From the NCBI GenBank assembly GCA_963823725.1, contig CAWGMJ010000003.1, positions 45,649-109,648 of the forward strand: DNA of 64,000 nt, written 5' to 3'. Source of the DNA: an uncultured delta proteobacterium (GTDB lineage Bacteria > Desulfobacterota > Syntrophorhabdia > Syntrophorhabdales > Syntrophorhabdaceae). Positions 54,913-64,000 of the stretch are shown here, piece by piece. The translations under genes were made by a program, and so were the position numbers. Each line of letters starts with the position of its first letter. The stretch's first letter is position 1. Under the pieces are notes generated by a model. It saw nothing but the letters and a program-made list of their open reading frames with translations, made no database searches and was not told the DNA's origin.

Positions 54913-56613
54913 ATGAATTCAACTTGTTTTCGTGAGCCGAACGGAAAATGGTCTTTGGTCGATTATGCAGGATTGGCAATTCTTGTTGCTGCAGCCTCGA
55001 TACTCTACTTTTCCGGCCTTTCCCTGAAGTCATTGTGGGGGTCTGAAGGCCGCTGGGCAGTGATAGCCCGGGAGATGATGCAGAACGGCAACTATTTTTT
55101 GCCTACCATTAACGGTCGGGTCTACTTCGACAAACCGCTCTTAAGTTATTGGGCCATTATTCCCTTTTCCTGGTTTACAGGCGTTACGGAGATATCGGCG
55201 AGGCTTCCCGGAGCTCTGGCGGGTGTCGGCACCGTGGCGCTGACCTTTGTGACAGGCAGACGCATGTTTGGCTTCGCCACCGGTCTTTTGAGCGGGGCTG
55301 TCCTTCTTACGACACCCATGTTCGGGTTCTGGTCCCGAACGGCATCCGCAGAATTGCTCAATGTTCTTGCAATCTGGCTGATGCTCTCGGTACTTGCCGG
55401 ACGTGGCCGGGAACCTGTTTTCGGACGATATTTACTGTTTTATGTCATTGCGGCCGTATCGTCGTTCTGCAAGGGGCCGGTTGCACCCGCCGTCGCTTTG
55501 TTGACGATGGTTGCGCTTTCTTCCACAGAGACAGTCGTCGAGATCCGGCATAAGGGCTTCGATAAGGGCCGTCAGGTTATAATCGATCAGTTTGACTGGA
55601 TACTCTCACTAAAGGGATCTTTAGCGGCATTGTCCGGGGTCGCCGTTTTTGCTCTCCTTCTTTTTCTGCCTGTGATCGTTACCGGTTCGTGGGATGCTGT
55701 TGAATTAATGTGGCGAGAGAATGTAACAAGGTTTTTTAAACCTTTTGACCACGTAGAGCCTTTTTACAGCTATTTGAAGCATATCCCGATATTTTTAACC
55801 CCGTGGACATTTATTGCTGCCGCTTCCCTTATTCACATGAGAAAATGGGAGCCCGGCTGGTCGCGGCGATGGACGGTCTGTGTACTCATTACGATCTTTA
55901 TGTTCTTCACCATCTCGGGCTCACGCAGGAGTTATTATATCCTGCCGATAATTCCTGTCTTTGCGCTGATCGTCGGACGATCACTGGCCGGTTTCCTGGA
56001 TCGGACCCAGGGGGATGATCGCTCGAGCATGAAAGCCGCCTTGCTCGTAACGGGTTGTATCGTCTTTTTAGCGGGCATAGTGATGCCGGTCGGATATTTT
56101 AAATTCGAACAATACCGGCACATCTCCGAGATCATCCTTGGCCCGGTTATTGCCGCGGCTGGCGGCCTGTCTGTGCTCCTTATATACAAGCGAAGATTTT
56201 TTCAGGGAACCGCAATACTGGTCTTTGCTTTGTATTGTGTTCTCCTGTGGGGTTATACGGCCGGAGCAGTTATCGGTGAAAGGCCAAGGACGTTAAAGCC
56301 CTTTGCGGGTCAGCTTAAAAAATATTTGGACACTATTGACGGTGAAAGGATGGCAATGTACGGGGTTGGAAACTCGTCATTGATCTTCTATCTCGGCATG
56401 TCAAAACCGATCCGGACCCTTGATGAACTCAATGATGTATGTGCGTATGTAAAGAAGCCGGAAAATTACCTCCTTACGGAAGAGGTTTTAGCCGACCGGA
56501 TTTTGGGTCAGTGCGGTCCCGTGAACCTGGTCCGCATCCTTATCCAGACGAACGAAGGAAAAAAACGCGACCGGGAAGGACTGGTTCTTTTGAGGACCGG
56601 GGAAGGTGCGTAG
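54913..56613 (+). CDS. ArnT/PMT-like (GT39/GT83-type) membrane glycosyltransferase
   Basis: About 12 TM segments. N-terminal loop LWGSEGRWAVIAREMMQNGNYFLPTINGRVYFDKPLLSYW. Start chosen at MNSTC, downstream of the previous stop. Confidence 0.8.
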   Translation: MNSTCFREPNGKWSLVDYAGLAILVAAASILYFSGLSLKSLWGSEGRWAVIAREMMQNGNYFLPTINGRVYFDKPLLSYWAIIPFSWFTGVTEISARLPGALAGVGTVALTFVTGRRMFGFATGLLSGAVLLTTPMFGFWSRTASAELLNVLAIWLMLSVLAGRGREPVFGRYLLFYVIAAVSSFCKGPVAPAVALLTMVALSSTETVVEIRHKGFDKGRQVIIDQFDWILSLKGSLAALSGVAVFALLLFLPVIVTGSWDAVELMWRENVTRFFKPFDHVEPFYSYLKHIPIFLTPWTFIAAASLIHMRKWEPGWSRRWTVCVLITIFMFFTISGSRRSYYILPIIPVFALIVGRSLAGFLDRTQGDDRSSMKAALLVTGCIVFLAGIVMPVGYFKFEQYRHISEIILGPVIAAAGGLSVLLIYKRRFFQGTAILVFALYCVLLWGYTAGAVIGERPRTLKPFAGQLKKYLDTIDGERMAMYGVGNSSLIFYLGMSKPIRTLDELNDVCAYVKKPENYLLTEEVLADRILGQCGPVNLVRILIQTNEGKKRDREGLVLLRTGEGA

Positions 56614-56649
56614 AACCCCTTCCAATAAGCCTAAATCTCAAAGTTTTAC

Positions 56650-56676
56650 TTGACTTAGAGCAACAAATATTATAAG
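56650..56676 (+). promoter_or_regulatory. Candidate promoter upstream of rplM (TTGACT-15 nt-TATAAG)
   Basis: Hexamers read directly. Same short 15-nt spacing as the secD candidate. Confidence 0.25.
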
Positions 56677-56696
56677 TTAGACAAATTTTTCTAAGG

Positions 56697-57155
56697 GTGA
56701 AAATGGTTATGAAAACATATTTTCCAAAAGAAGGCGAAGTTTCAAACGATTGGTGTGTAATGGACGCTGACGGCGTTGTTCTGGGGCGGCTGGCTGCAAA
56801 GGTAGCGATGATCCTGCGCGGTAAAACAAAACCTGTTTTTACACCGCATACTGATACCGGCGACTTTGTTATTATTGTCAATGCCGAGAAGGTAAAGCTT
56901 ACAGGCGCCAAGTTGCTGGACAAAACCTATCAGAAGCACAGCAACTATCCCGGCGGGCTCAGGGTGGTCAATGCAAAGACAATGCTCGAGAAAAAACCGG
57001 AAGAGGTTATCTACCAGGCAGTAAAGGGAATGCTTCCCAAGAATACGCTTGGCAGGAAGATCCTCAAGAAATTAAAGGTATATCGGGGTGCTGAGCATCC
57101 GCACAAAGCCCAGATGCCCAAGGAGATATCATTGAAGGAGGTACAAGGTGCCTGA
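56697..57155 (+). CDS. rplM: 50S ribosomal protein L13
   Basis: [28 protein letters not shown]... Likely true start is the ATG at 56703 or 56709. Confidence 0.93.
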   Translation: MKMVMKTYFPKEGEVSNDWCVMDADGVVLGRLAAKVAMILRGKTKPVFTPHTDTGDFVIIVNAEKVKLTGAKLLDKTYQKHSNYPGGLRVVNAKTMLEKKPEEVIYQAVKGMLPKNTLGRKILKKLKVYRGAEHPHKAQMPKEISLKEVQGA

Positions 57156-57540
57156 AAAGAGGTACTACGCAACGGGTAAAAGAAAGACCGCGGTAGCGCG
57201 GGTTTGGATAAAGCAGGGGTCCGGGGAGTTCATGATCAACGGCAGGCCGTTTGAGAATTATTTCCCGGTTGAAGAACTGAGGCTAATGGTCAACAAGCCT
57301 TTTCTCCTCACAGGGAACGTCGGCAAGTACGATGTTATCGCCAACATTTACGGCGGAGGCATCCCTGCGCAGGCCTGGGCTCTTGGTCACGGCATTGCCA
57401 AAGCCCTTCTCGAAGTTAACGCCTCCCTCAGGGCAGCCTTGAAAAAACAGGGCCTCATCACAAGGGATCCGAGATCGAAAGAAAGGAAGAAATACGGAAA
57501 GAAAGGCGCACGCGCCAGCTTCCAGTTCTCCAAGAGATAA
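57148..57540 (+). CDS. rpsI: 30S ribosomal protein S9
   Basis: [14 protein letters not shown]...; C-terminus [14 protein letters not shown]. Confidence 0.95.
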   Translation: MPEKRYYATGKRKTAVARVWIKQGSGEFMINGRPFENYFPVEELRLMVNKPFLLTGNVGKYDVIANIYGGGIPAQAWALGHGIAKALLEVNASLRAALKKQGLITRDPRSKERKKYGKKGARASFQFSKR

Positions 57541-57544
57541 TATC

Positions 57545-58568
57545 ATGTACACTATCGGAGTTGTGGGAGCAACGGGCTATACAGGCGTTGGCCTGATGTC
57601 CTTGCTCCTTACTCATCCCGATGCAAAAATAAGCCTTATCACATCGAATACATATCGGGGACGCAAAGTCTCCGATATTTTTCCCTTGTTTAAGGGGAGG
57701 TTCGAAGAAGTTCTCCAGCCTACCGATGATGATCACAGGGGTAAATGCGACGTTTATTTCCTGTGCCTGCCTCACGGAACGTCTATGGCAAAAGCCCGTG
57801 AGTTATATGACGGCAAGGCCTTGATCATTGACCTTAGTGCCGATTTTCGCTTTGAGAATATAGCGATGTACGAAAACGCTTACGTGCCGCATACCGCTTC
57901 CGAGCTTGTTCCCGATGCTGTTTTCGGATTACCGGAATTGTACAGGACACTGATCAAGGGGAAGAAATTGGTAGGCAATCCGGGATGCTACCCGACTTCT
58001 GCCATTCTCGCACTCTACCCCCTCATTAAAAATAATAAAATTGCGGGCGATATATTCATCGATTCGAAATCGGGAGTGAGCGGCGCGGGCAGGGAAGGGA
58101 AGATCGGCAGCCTGTTTTGCGAGGTTTCCGAGGGTTTCCGGGCATACAATGTCGGCGTGCACAGGCACGAACCGGAGATACAGAAAGAAGTTAACAAATA
58201 CATTCCGTCGAAGATCTCCTTTGTGCCCCACCTGGTCCCTATGTCCCGGGGCATTCTCACCACAGTGTACGGCAGGCTGTCCGGGCAGGAAAAGACCGCC
58301 GACATCATTTCTCTCTATCCGTGAAACCTATAAGGATGACCATTTCGTCCGCATCATGGACGAAAACATATATCCCGACACCCGGTTTGTCCGGTTTTCG
58401 AATTATTGCGATATCGGCCTCAAAGTCCTCGATGACGGCCGGATCGTGATCATCTCAACGATCGACAATCTCGTTAAAGGCGCCTCCGGCCAGGCCGTCC
58501 AGAATATGAACGTCGCTCTCGGGCTTGACGAGAGACTAGGTCTGTCCGCCATCCCGCAGTATCCATAG
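57545..58568 (+). CDS. argC: N-acetyl-gamma-glutamyl-phosphate reductase, one frame break near 58310
   Basis: IGVVGATGYTG; active-site Cys in NPGCYPTSAILAL; C-terminal piece 58149-58568 (...NLVKGASGQAVQNMN). Confidence 0.9.
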
Positions 58569-58574
58569 AAGACA

Positions 58575-58718
58575 GGTTATGGGTTATGGGTGATAGGTGA
58601 TGGAAACACTTTTACCATCAATCTTATTCGCAATTAATAATAGATATAGAGGATTAAGAATTACTCCGGGATAGTTTTGCCGTTCCTATTACCCATAACC
58701 TATTACCCATCACCCATC
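58575..58718. repeat. Heptamer-array inverted repeat, GGTGATG/GGTTATG type, with an unrelated ~80-nt core
   Basis: Left arm GGTTATGGGTTATGGGTGATAGGTGATGG. Right arm CCTATTACCCATAACCTATTACCCATCACCCATC. Between the convergent stops of argC and the UPF0104 gene. Confidence 0.85.
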
Positions 58719-59677
58719 TTCTTTATATCCTTGATGTGCAGATGTTCCTTTATGACGAATATGAAGCCGAGGATGTTGTAGGGAACGTACCACGACGCAT
58801 GAAAAAATATTGCGACCGCGAAGGATTCGTATTTTGGGACTCCGAAGATGCCGAGAAGACTGATAAGGAGGAATTCATATACACCGATATATCCTGGCGA
58901 TGAGGGGACTGCAAGCCCCATGTTTAAGATGGTGCAGACGAACGGGACGTAAATGAACGGCAGCGAAACACCAAATGTCTTGAGGGAAAAATAGAGTGCC
59001 ATTACCATGGAAAACCAGTTGGCAATTGTCAGGACGATGAATAAGGAGAGTCTTCCCGGGGTGCCGTATCCGGCGAAGATTCTCATGGATCTCGAATATT
59101 CTTTTCGCCAGTTTGTTCAATAATGGCATTCCGGTGTTTCTGGAAATAACCGGTAATTTTCAAAGCTATCTTTTCCTGGCTGATGGCAAAAAGCGCTATA
59201 ACGCATATAATAAATATCGTGACGAGGACATACAGGGCCTTTGATACAGATGCGGGAAGGGCCTGACCGGGAAAGAATATAAATGTGATCAAGAGCAGCC
59301 CTAAAAGGTCGAACACCCTGTCGATGAATACCGTTGATACCGCGTATGTGAAAGGGATGTTCATCCGTTTTGACAATGCGTAGCCGCGTGCCACCTCACC
59401 GATGCGGGCAGGCAGGACATTATTGATGAAAAGGCCGATGATAAGGGAAATAAAGGCATCCCGGAAACGGGTATTGTATCCGACAATTCTCATCCACCTC
59501 AGGGAGCACAGGGAGACACAGGTCATGATGCAAGCAGACAGGCAGGAATGCAAATGCGATATCGGCCCGCTTTATGGTCTCTCCAAGCTGCCGGTAATCG
59601 ATTCCCCGCAAAGAAAGATATAAGAGAACGATACTGATGATAAAACCTGCAATTGTGATCAGTCGATGTTTTTTCAT
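58703..59677 (-). CDS. UPF0104/TIGR00374 flippase-like (lysyl-PG synthase TM region-like) membrane protein, 2 frame breaks
   Basis: MKKHRLITIAGFIISIVLLYLSLRGID... N-terminus; INNVLPARIGEVARGY motif. Three collinear pieces. ATG overlaps the EamA stop (ATGA). Confidence 0.7.
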
Positions 59678-60555
59678 TTTGTGTAATTTGTTACATAAAT
59701 GCCGGCACATACCATCAAAAGCCCTGCCATGAGGCCGGCCGTTACCTGCTCGTGCTGAAAAAGCACGGCGAACATAACGCCGAATACCGGCGTCAAAAAA
59801 GTGAAAACAGACAGCTTCGCAACGGGATAATCATGGATCAGTTTGAACCATACCAGGTACGAGATAAAAGCAATAATAATTGATTGAAAGGCAAGGGATG
59901 CGATCTGGACCGTGCCGGGGTCTTTGACCCATTCAGTCTCAATGAAATATGAACACAGGAAGAGCACCGGTATTGAAAATACAAGCTGGTAGAGAAATGT
60001 ATTAATAGGATGCACCTTTTCCGCAAGGTATTTCTTTATATAAAGGGTGGTTGCGCCCCAGACAAATGCGGCGACGATCTCAAGTATGTCGCCAATAAAC
60101 ATAAGCCGGTTATAATGCGAAGGCTTTCCGTAAAAAACGCTCACGAGCCCTCCGAATGCCAGGACAAGGCCGGCCCACTTGAGAGGGCTTAGCCGTTCCC
60201 CAAGAAATAAATGCGCCCCCGCAGCAACGACAAAAGGCGAGAGGTAAATGAGGATCACCGCTCTGGCGGAATCAGTAAAAAGCATGCCAAGGTAAAGAAA
60301 AGCGAACTCAAGGCCGAAGAGTATACCGACAACCAATCCGTGCAATAGCAGGATCCCGCGATGATAAAGGTTCTGCCTGATGATAAGGCAATAGCCGACA
60401 CCTAAAGCGGCGGCTATGACGGAGCGAAGAAAAGATGTAAAGATAGGCGAAAACCCTGCGTTTGTGATCTTGATCGCCGAGTAGTTTGATCCCCACAGGA
60501 CAGTAATGATCAGGATCGTCGTAAATCCTTTAATGTCTATATGCTCAGCTTTCAT
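59674..60555 (-). CDS. EamA/DMT-family transporter
   Basis: Intact 293 aa, 10 TM, two EamA repeats. Confidence 0.85.
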   Translation of the reverse strand: MKAEHIDIKGFTTILIITVLWGSNYSAIKITNAGFSPIFTSFLRSVIAAALGVGYCLIIRQNLYHRGILLLHGLVVGILFGLEFAFLYLGMLFTDSARAVILIYLSPFVVAAGAHLFLGERLSPLKWAGLVLAFGGLVSVFYGKPSHYNRLMFIGDILEIVAAFVWGATTLYIKKYLAEKVHPINTFLYQLVFSIPVLFLCSYFIETEWVKDPGTVQIASLAFQSIIIAFISYLVWFKLIHDYPVAKLSVFTFLTPVFGVMFAVLFQHEQVTAGLMAGLLMVCAGIYVTNYTK

Positions 60556-60723
60556 TAATATAATGACCCATGTTTTATAGGGATAGCCGCTTTATGTCAA
60601 GCAAATTAACTCCTTGATATTCAAGGTGGGAGTGCGGGGAAAACACGGGTTTTCCCTTGACAATCAGATAGGATATTTGTTTCTATTTAACAGCAAAATC
60701 AAGATATTCAATACGGAGCTTCC

Positions 60724-61711
60724 ATGAAGAAAACTGCAATTGTCGGGACGGGTTCTTTTGTGCCCGATCATATCATGACGAATTTCGATATCGAGAAATT
60801 CCTCGATACAACGGATGAATGGATATTTACCCGGACCGGTATTAGGGAACGGAGAATTGCCGACAAGAATCAGGCCACATCAGATCTTTGCAAGATTGCC
60901 TGCGAAAGGGCCCTCGATGCAGCGGGCATGAAGGCGGAGGATATCGATCTTCTTATCCTGGCAACAATTACCCCGGATACTCATTGTCCTGCCGGGTCTA
61001 ACTGGCTTGAGGCGAAATTAGGATGTGTCAACGCCGTGTCGTTTGACGTCACCGCCGCATGCTCAGGTTTTCTGTTCGCCCTTCATGTTGCTGATAAGAT
61101 GATAAAATCAGGGGCCAACAAGAGGGCTCTCGTAGTTGCAGGCGAGATCATGAGCAGGGTGGTCAACTGGAAGGAACGTGAAAGCTGCATCCTGTGGGGC
61201 GACGGGGCCGGTGCCGCCGTCGTGACACAATCGGATAACGGGGCGCAGATACTATCCACGCATATCCACACCGACGGGCCTGCCGGCGATACGCTTCTCA
61301 TGCCGGGCGGCGGGTCGAAGACAACGCCCATCTCCTATGAAAGCGTTGACAACGGCCTTCATTTTCTCAAGATGATCGAGGCCAACAAATCTTTCAAGGT
61401 TGCCGTCACGCGTTTCGCGGAGGCAAGCGAAGAAGCTGCCGCGTTCAGCGGTTACACGATAAAAGACGTCGACCTGATCATCCCTCACCAGGCAAATCTC
61501 AGGATCCTTCAGGGAGTGGCAAAGAAATTAGCGGTCCCCCTGGAAAAGGTCTATATGACAATAGCAAAAATATGGCAATATCTCCTCGGCAACAGTTCCC
61601 ATAGCGCTTGACGAAGCAGTACGCGACGGCTCCATAAAAAAGGGTTCGCTGGTGCTTCTCACCGCGTTCGGCGGCGGACTTACCTGGGGCAGCAGCCTGG
61701 TGCGCTGGTAA
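60724..61711 (+). CDS. fabH: 3-oxoacyl-ACP synthase III, one frame break at the A-run 61566-61570
   Basis: Active-site Cys ([10 protein letters not shown]), HQANLRI, and after removing one A ...[47 protein letters not shown]. Confidence 0.9.
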
Positions 61712-61754
61712 CGGTTTACATTTGAAATAAAAATATTTAGAATAATCAATTCCC

Positions 61755-61844
61755 GGAGGGATGGCTGAGCGGCCGAAAGCGGCGGTCTTGAAAACCGTTG
61801 GGCGTGCAAGCGCCCCGTGGGTTCGAATCCTACTCCCTCCGCCA
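61755..61844 (+). tRNA. tRNA-Ser (anticodon UGA), CCA encoded
   Basis: Manual fold: acceptor GGAGGGA/TCCCTCC, anticodon loop CTTGAAA, long variable arm (class II), T-arm GTGGG-TTCGAAT-CCTAC. Confidence 0.9.
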
Positions 61845-61853
61845 TATTTTCCC
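61820..61853 (+). repeat. attL-like direct repeat (tRNA-Ser 3' end plus 9 nt)
   Basis: GGTTCGAATCCTACTCCCTCCGCCATATTTTCCC is identical to 63904-63937. Confidence 0.85.
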
Positions 61854-61899
61854 TTGTAATATTAATATAGTTAACTTCTTAGGTGCTTGGGTCCGTCAG

Positions 61900-62200
61900 C
61901 TTCTTTGATGAGCGTAACGATTCCTGACATTTTTTTCTCTAAGATTGACCAACCGTGACATTTCTGGTGTGAAGCTCTTGCTCACTTAATTTGGTGAATG
62001 ACGCATGATTGCGCCCGACGGCATCTTTGCCTCCCCGTCATCCGGCACCACCCAACTACATAGAGATCAACATTGTGCGGCTCGTGGCGTCATGCGGGTA
62101 CCCTCCCTATTATTTCCTGGAAGGCAAGTAGCGTGGGCAACGCCAATCTTATTGTCGTCTTTTTACCGGAACGAATATTGAAGTTTCTCAGGTTTTGTAT
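61900..62200 (-). pseudogene. Possible decayed tyrosine-integrase C-terminal remnant
   Basis: Fragments resemble integrase boxes across frames with stops: ...SGKKTTIRLALPTLL..., ...GAIMRHS..., ...RLVNLREKNVRNRYAH... (compare HxLRH...LLGH...RYAH). Weak. Confidence 0.3.
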
Positions 62201-62288
62201 GCAAAACAGAAAGCTTAGATGTCAGAGATTGGCCATCTAATCATATATAAATCGCTTTATTTTAATGGGTTAGTTTCAGCTGACTCAA

Positions 62289-62675
62289 TTAGTCAGGCTG
62301 TGTTCCATCTGCAACTTGATCAAGTGTCAAAAGCACTTCCTTCACGACGGCTTCAAGGGGATCTATATCTTCATGTATGGACTGCCATACAATGTCAAGA
62401 TCAACACCAAAATACTCGTGGGCAAGTTTATTCCGCATCCCCATTATTTCCTGCCAGGGGATTTCCTTGTGACTGCTTCTAAGAGGTTCGGGAATTTGTT
62501 TCGCTGCCTCGCCAATGATCTCAAGGCTTCTGATAACTGCTTTTGAAGTCTTTTTGTCTCTAAGGAAGTTTTCGTAATCAATTCCGGCAACGAACTCTTT
62601 GATGTCTGATATTGATTCGAGGATATCATTAAGGTAATCGAGTACCTGCCTGTCTTTACCTTTATACACTTTCAA
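62289..62675 (-). CDS. hepT: HepT (DUF86) HEPN-family RNase toxin
   Basis: Rx4HxY motif in MRNKLAHEYFGVD. 14-nt overlap with the upstream MNT gene. Confidence 0.9.
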   Translation of the reverse strand: MKVYKGKDRQVLDYLNDILESISDIKEFVAGIDYENFLRDKKTSKAVIRSLEIIGEAAKQIPEPLRSSHKEIPWQEIMGMRNKLAHEYFGVDLDIVWQSIHEDIDPLEAVVKEVLLTLDQVADGTQPD

Positions 62676-62955
62676 GCTCTCTCAAAATATTCTGCCCCAT
62701 ATAGGGTTTCAATGCTTTTTTGGTTACAAGATCGACCTTAACACCAATCAGATTGCTAAGATAATTTTCCAACCTGTATGAATTTGACAAACCCGACAGG
62801 TTTTCGAACTCGACGAGGATATCAATATCGCTGTTTTCCGATGAGAGCCCATTCACGTAAGAGCCAAATATGCCAATTTTGCTTACATGATAATCGTCTG
62901 CCAATTGCCGTTTGTGTGCGCTTATGATCTGTTTTATTTCCTGTAAGGCCTTCAT
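62662..62955 (-). CDS. mntA: MNT-type nucleotidyltransferase antitoxin
   Basis: GS-x10-DxD motif: IFGSYVNGLSSENSDIDILVEF. Confidence 0.9.
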   Translation of the reverse strand: MKALQEIKQIISAHKRQLADDYHVSKIGIFGSYVNGLSSENSDIDILVEFENLSGLSNSYRLENYLSNLIGVKVDLVTKKALKPYMGQNILRELESV

Positions 62956-62974
62956 ATTTTTGGAATCCTTTATT

Positions 62975-63003
62975 ATTCTATATCAATACCAGGTTTTTCT
63001 CAA
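62975..63003 (-). promoter_or_regulatory. Candidate promoter of the mntA-hepT operon (TTGAGA-17 nt-TAGAAT)
   Basis: Read on the minus strand. -10 lies ~20 nt upstream of the ATG region. AT-rich context with an 8-bp inverted repeat TATATCAA/TTGATATA nearby. Confidence 0.4.
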
Positions 63004-63903
63004 TATCACTTCTCTTGATATAACTCTCTTATTCTATTTTGATAAATATCAGGGGAACCACCACTCGATCCTGCAGGGATATATACTTGTTTTGACAGTT
63101 CAACTGCCAATGTGGCCCGATTAGCGCCCCGGCACCCCAATAAACTAGAATACCGGAGAATCTCATGGGCGAGTATAGGCCGAGTTCAAACAGTACTTGA
63201 ACCCATTTCAACCTCCCTGAGAGCCGGGTTACGATGTTACATGCTAGCCTATAGGTAAGCTATCGATGGGCCGGACCGAGATTACCCTCTGTCTGCCGAT
63301 ACCAGGATGAAATATAATGCAAGGGGTTCGAAGCACTGTCGGAAAGGCCGAACCGTCCAGGTCTTTAATGGCGCGGCTGTGGCATGTCCCTGGTCGATTG
63401 CAGGAACGATGGAAGTTATCATCGTATCGGGCAACGCGGTTATGCAGAATGCTTGACGGCTACATGACAAGGCAGCATTCTGATGATCGAATTGGGTTTG
63501 CCGGTCGGAAGATTTACACACCAGAAACGGATGACGGATGGCCCAAAACGTTTTCACCCGTGGGCTCACTTTATAAATGAGATTGTCAAAGCCTGAAACG
63601 CTCGAGATGAAGAAACGGTATCCATCCGTCAAGGATGGCGCAGTCTTATGTGGCTCACGGCGCCTTGGTCGGTAGCATCACCATTCCCGTGACGAGCGTG
63701 GAAAACCGGCAGTAAATCGATAGGGTATGAATGAGGCCCAGATGGTAACTGAATGGCCTTTAGACCTGAGCGATTAGTATGGCGGTGGCGCCGGGCAACG
63801 AAGAATTTGACAAATTTTTAATAAGAAAATATGCTATAAAAATATCCGGGCCGTCAGCGGGCCGTGAATCCTTGAAAATGCTTTGTAACACTGAAGGTGA
63901 GTT

Positions 63904-63937
63904 GGTTCGAATCCTACTCCCTCCGCCATATTTTCCC
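63904..63937 (+). repeat. attR-like direct repeat (orphan tRNA-Ser 3' fragment)
   Basis: 34/34 identity to 61820-61853. Weaker similarity extends back to a CTTGAAAA anticodon-loop-like string at ~63871. No 5' acceptor half, so not a functional tRNA. Confidence 0.85.
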
Positions 63938-64000
63938 AATAAGTTCAACCATAACAGTCTTATATATTTGTGTCTTATTCCTACCAAGACCATTCATTCA

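Noticed and set aside
60612-60656. Palindrome CCTTGATATTCAAGG and 8-bp hairpin GGGAAAAC/GTTTTCCC upstream of fabH as a regulator site
   Set aside because: They are real in the sequence, but I cannot tie them to any known operator consensus. They lie in a divergent promoter region, so they are not reported as features.
63100-63760. Group II intron or RNase P RNA
   Set aside because: I found no GUGYG 5' end, no domain V-like hairpin and no GAGGAAAGUCCGGGC-type conserved region on either strand. It is kept only as an unexplained structured region.
63780-63937. tmRNA ending in the tRNA-like 3' fragment
   Set aside because: No complementary 5' acceptor strand (GGAGGGA) lies upstream. Candidate tag frames (for example ATKNLTNF) do not resemble degradation tags. 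The 3' end is identical to tRNA-Ser, which fits an att duplication.

Overview
This is a 64-kb chromosomal window from a diderm (Gram-negative-type) bacterium. I cannot assign a phylum from sequence alone. Most of it is housekeeping. On the minus strand: bamA-skp-lpxD; nth; an MTA-salvage pair (mtnP-mtaD) fused to a Mut7-C RNase gene; ligA; phoU-pstSCAB with two pstB; aspC-type aminotransferase; tilS; ftsH; serA. On the plus strand: a TonB-dependent receptor/YfiR/hybrid-kinase module; secDF; exbB-exbD-tonB; trmI; a radical-SAM/TIGR03936/RNase G cluster; ispE-spoVG-tRNA-Gln-prs-ctc-pth-ychF; rplM-rpsI-argC; fabH. About 20 of roughly 62 protein genes have broken reading frames, including essential ones. 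The breaks cluster at 0-7.7, 24.6-26.6, 30-37 and 58-61.6 kb, with none at 37.8-58.3 kb, so I read them as assembly or sequencing indels rather than real pseudogenes. Accessory content: a decayed IS481-like element and three solo remnants of its end; a ~2-kb islet bounded by a 34-bp duplication of the tRNA-Ser 3' end, carrying a HepT/MNT toxin-antitoxin pair; and an SPFH/zinc-ribbon two-gene module. The most unusual signal is a family of eight intergenic elements. Each is built from tandem 7-nt units that embed a stop codon (GTAAGGC, GTGAGGA, GTTCAAC, GGTGATG, GTAAAAC), arranged as long inverted arms directly after stop codons. The heptamer differs between loci but the two arms of a locus match. 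Four of the eight carry the IS481-like element or its remnants in the loop. A second notable point is that the two PstB ATPases carry complementary motif degeneracies, which predicts an asymmetric heterodimer.
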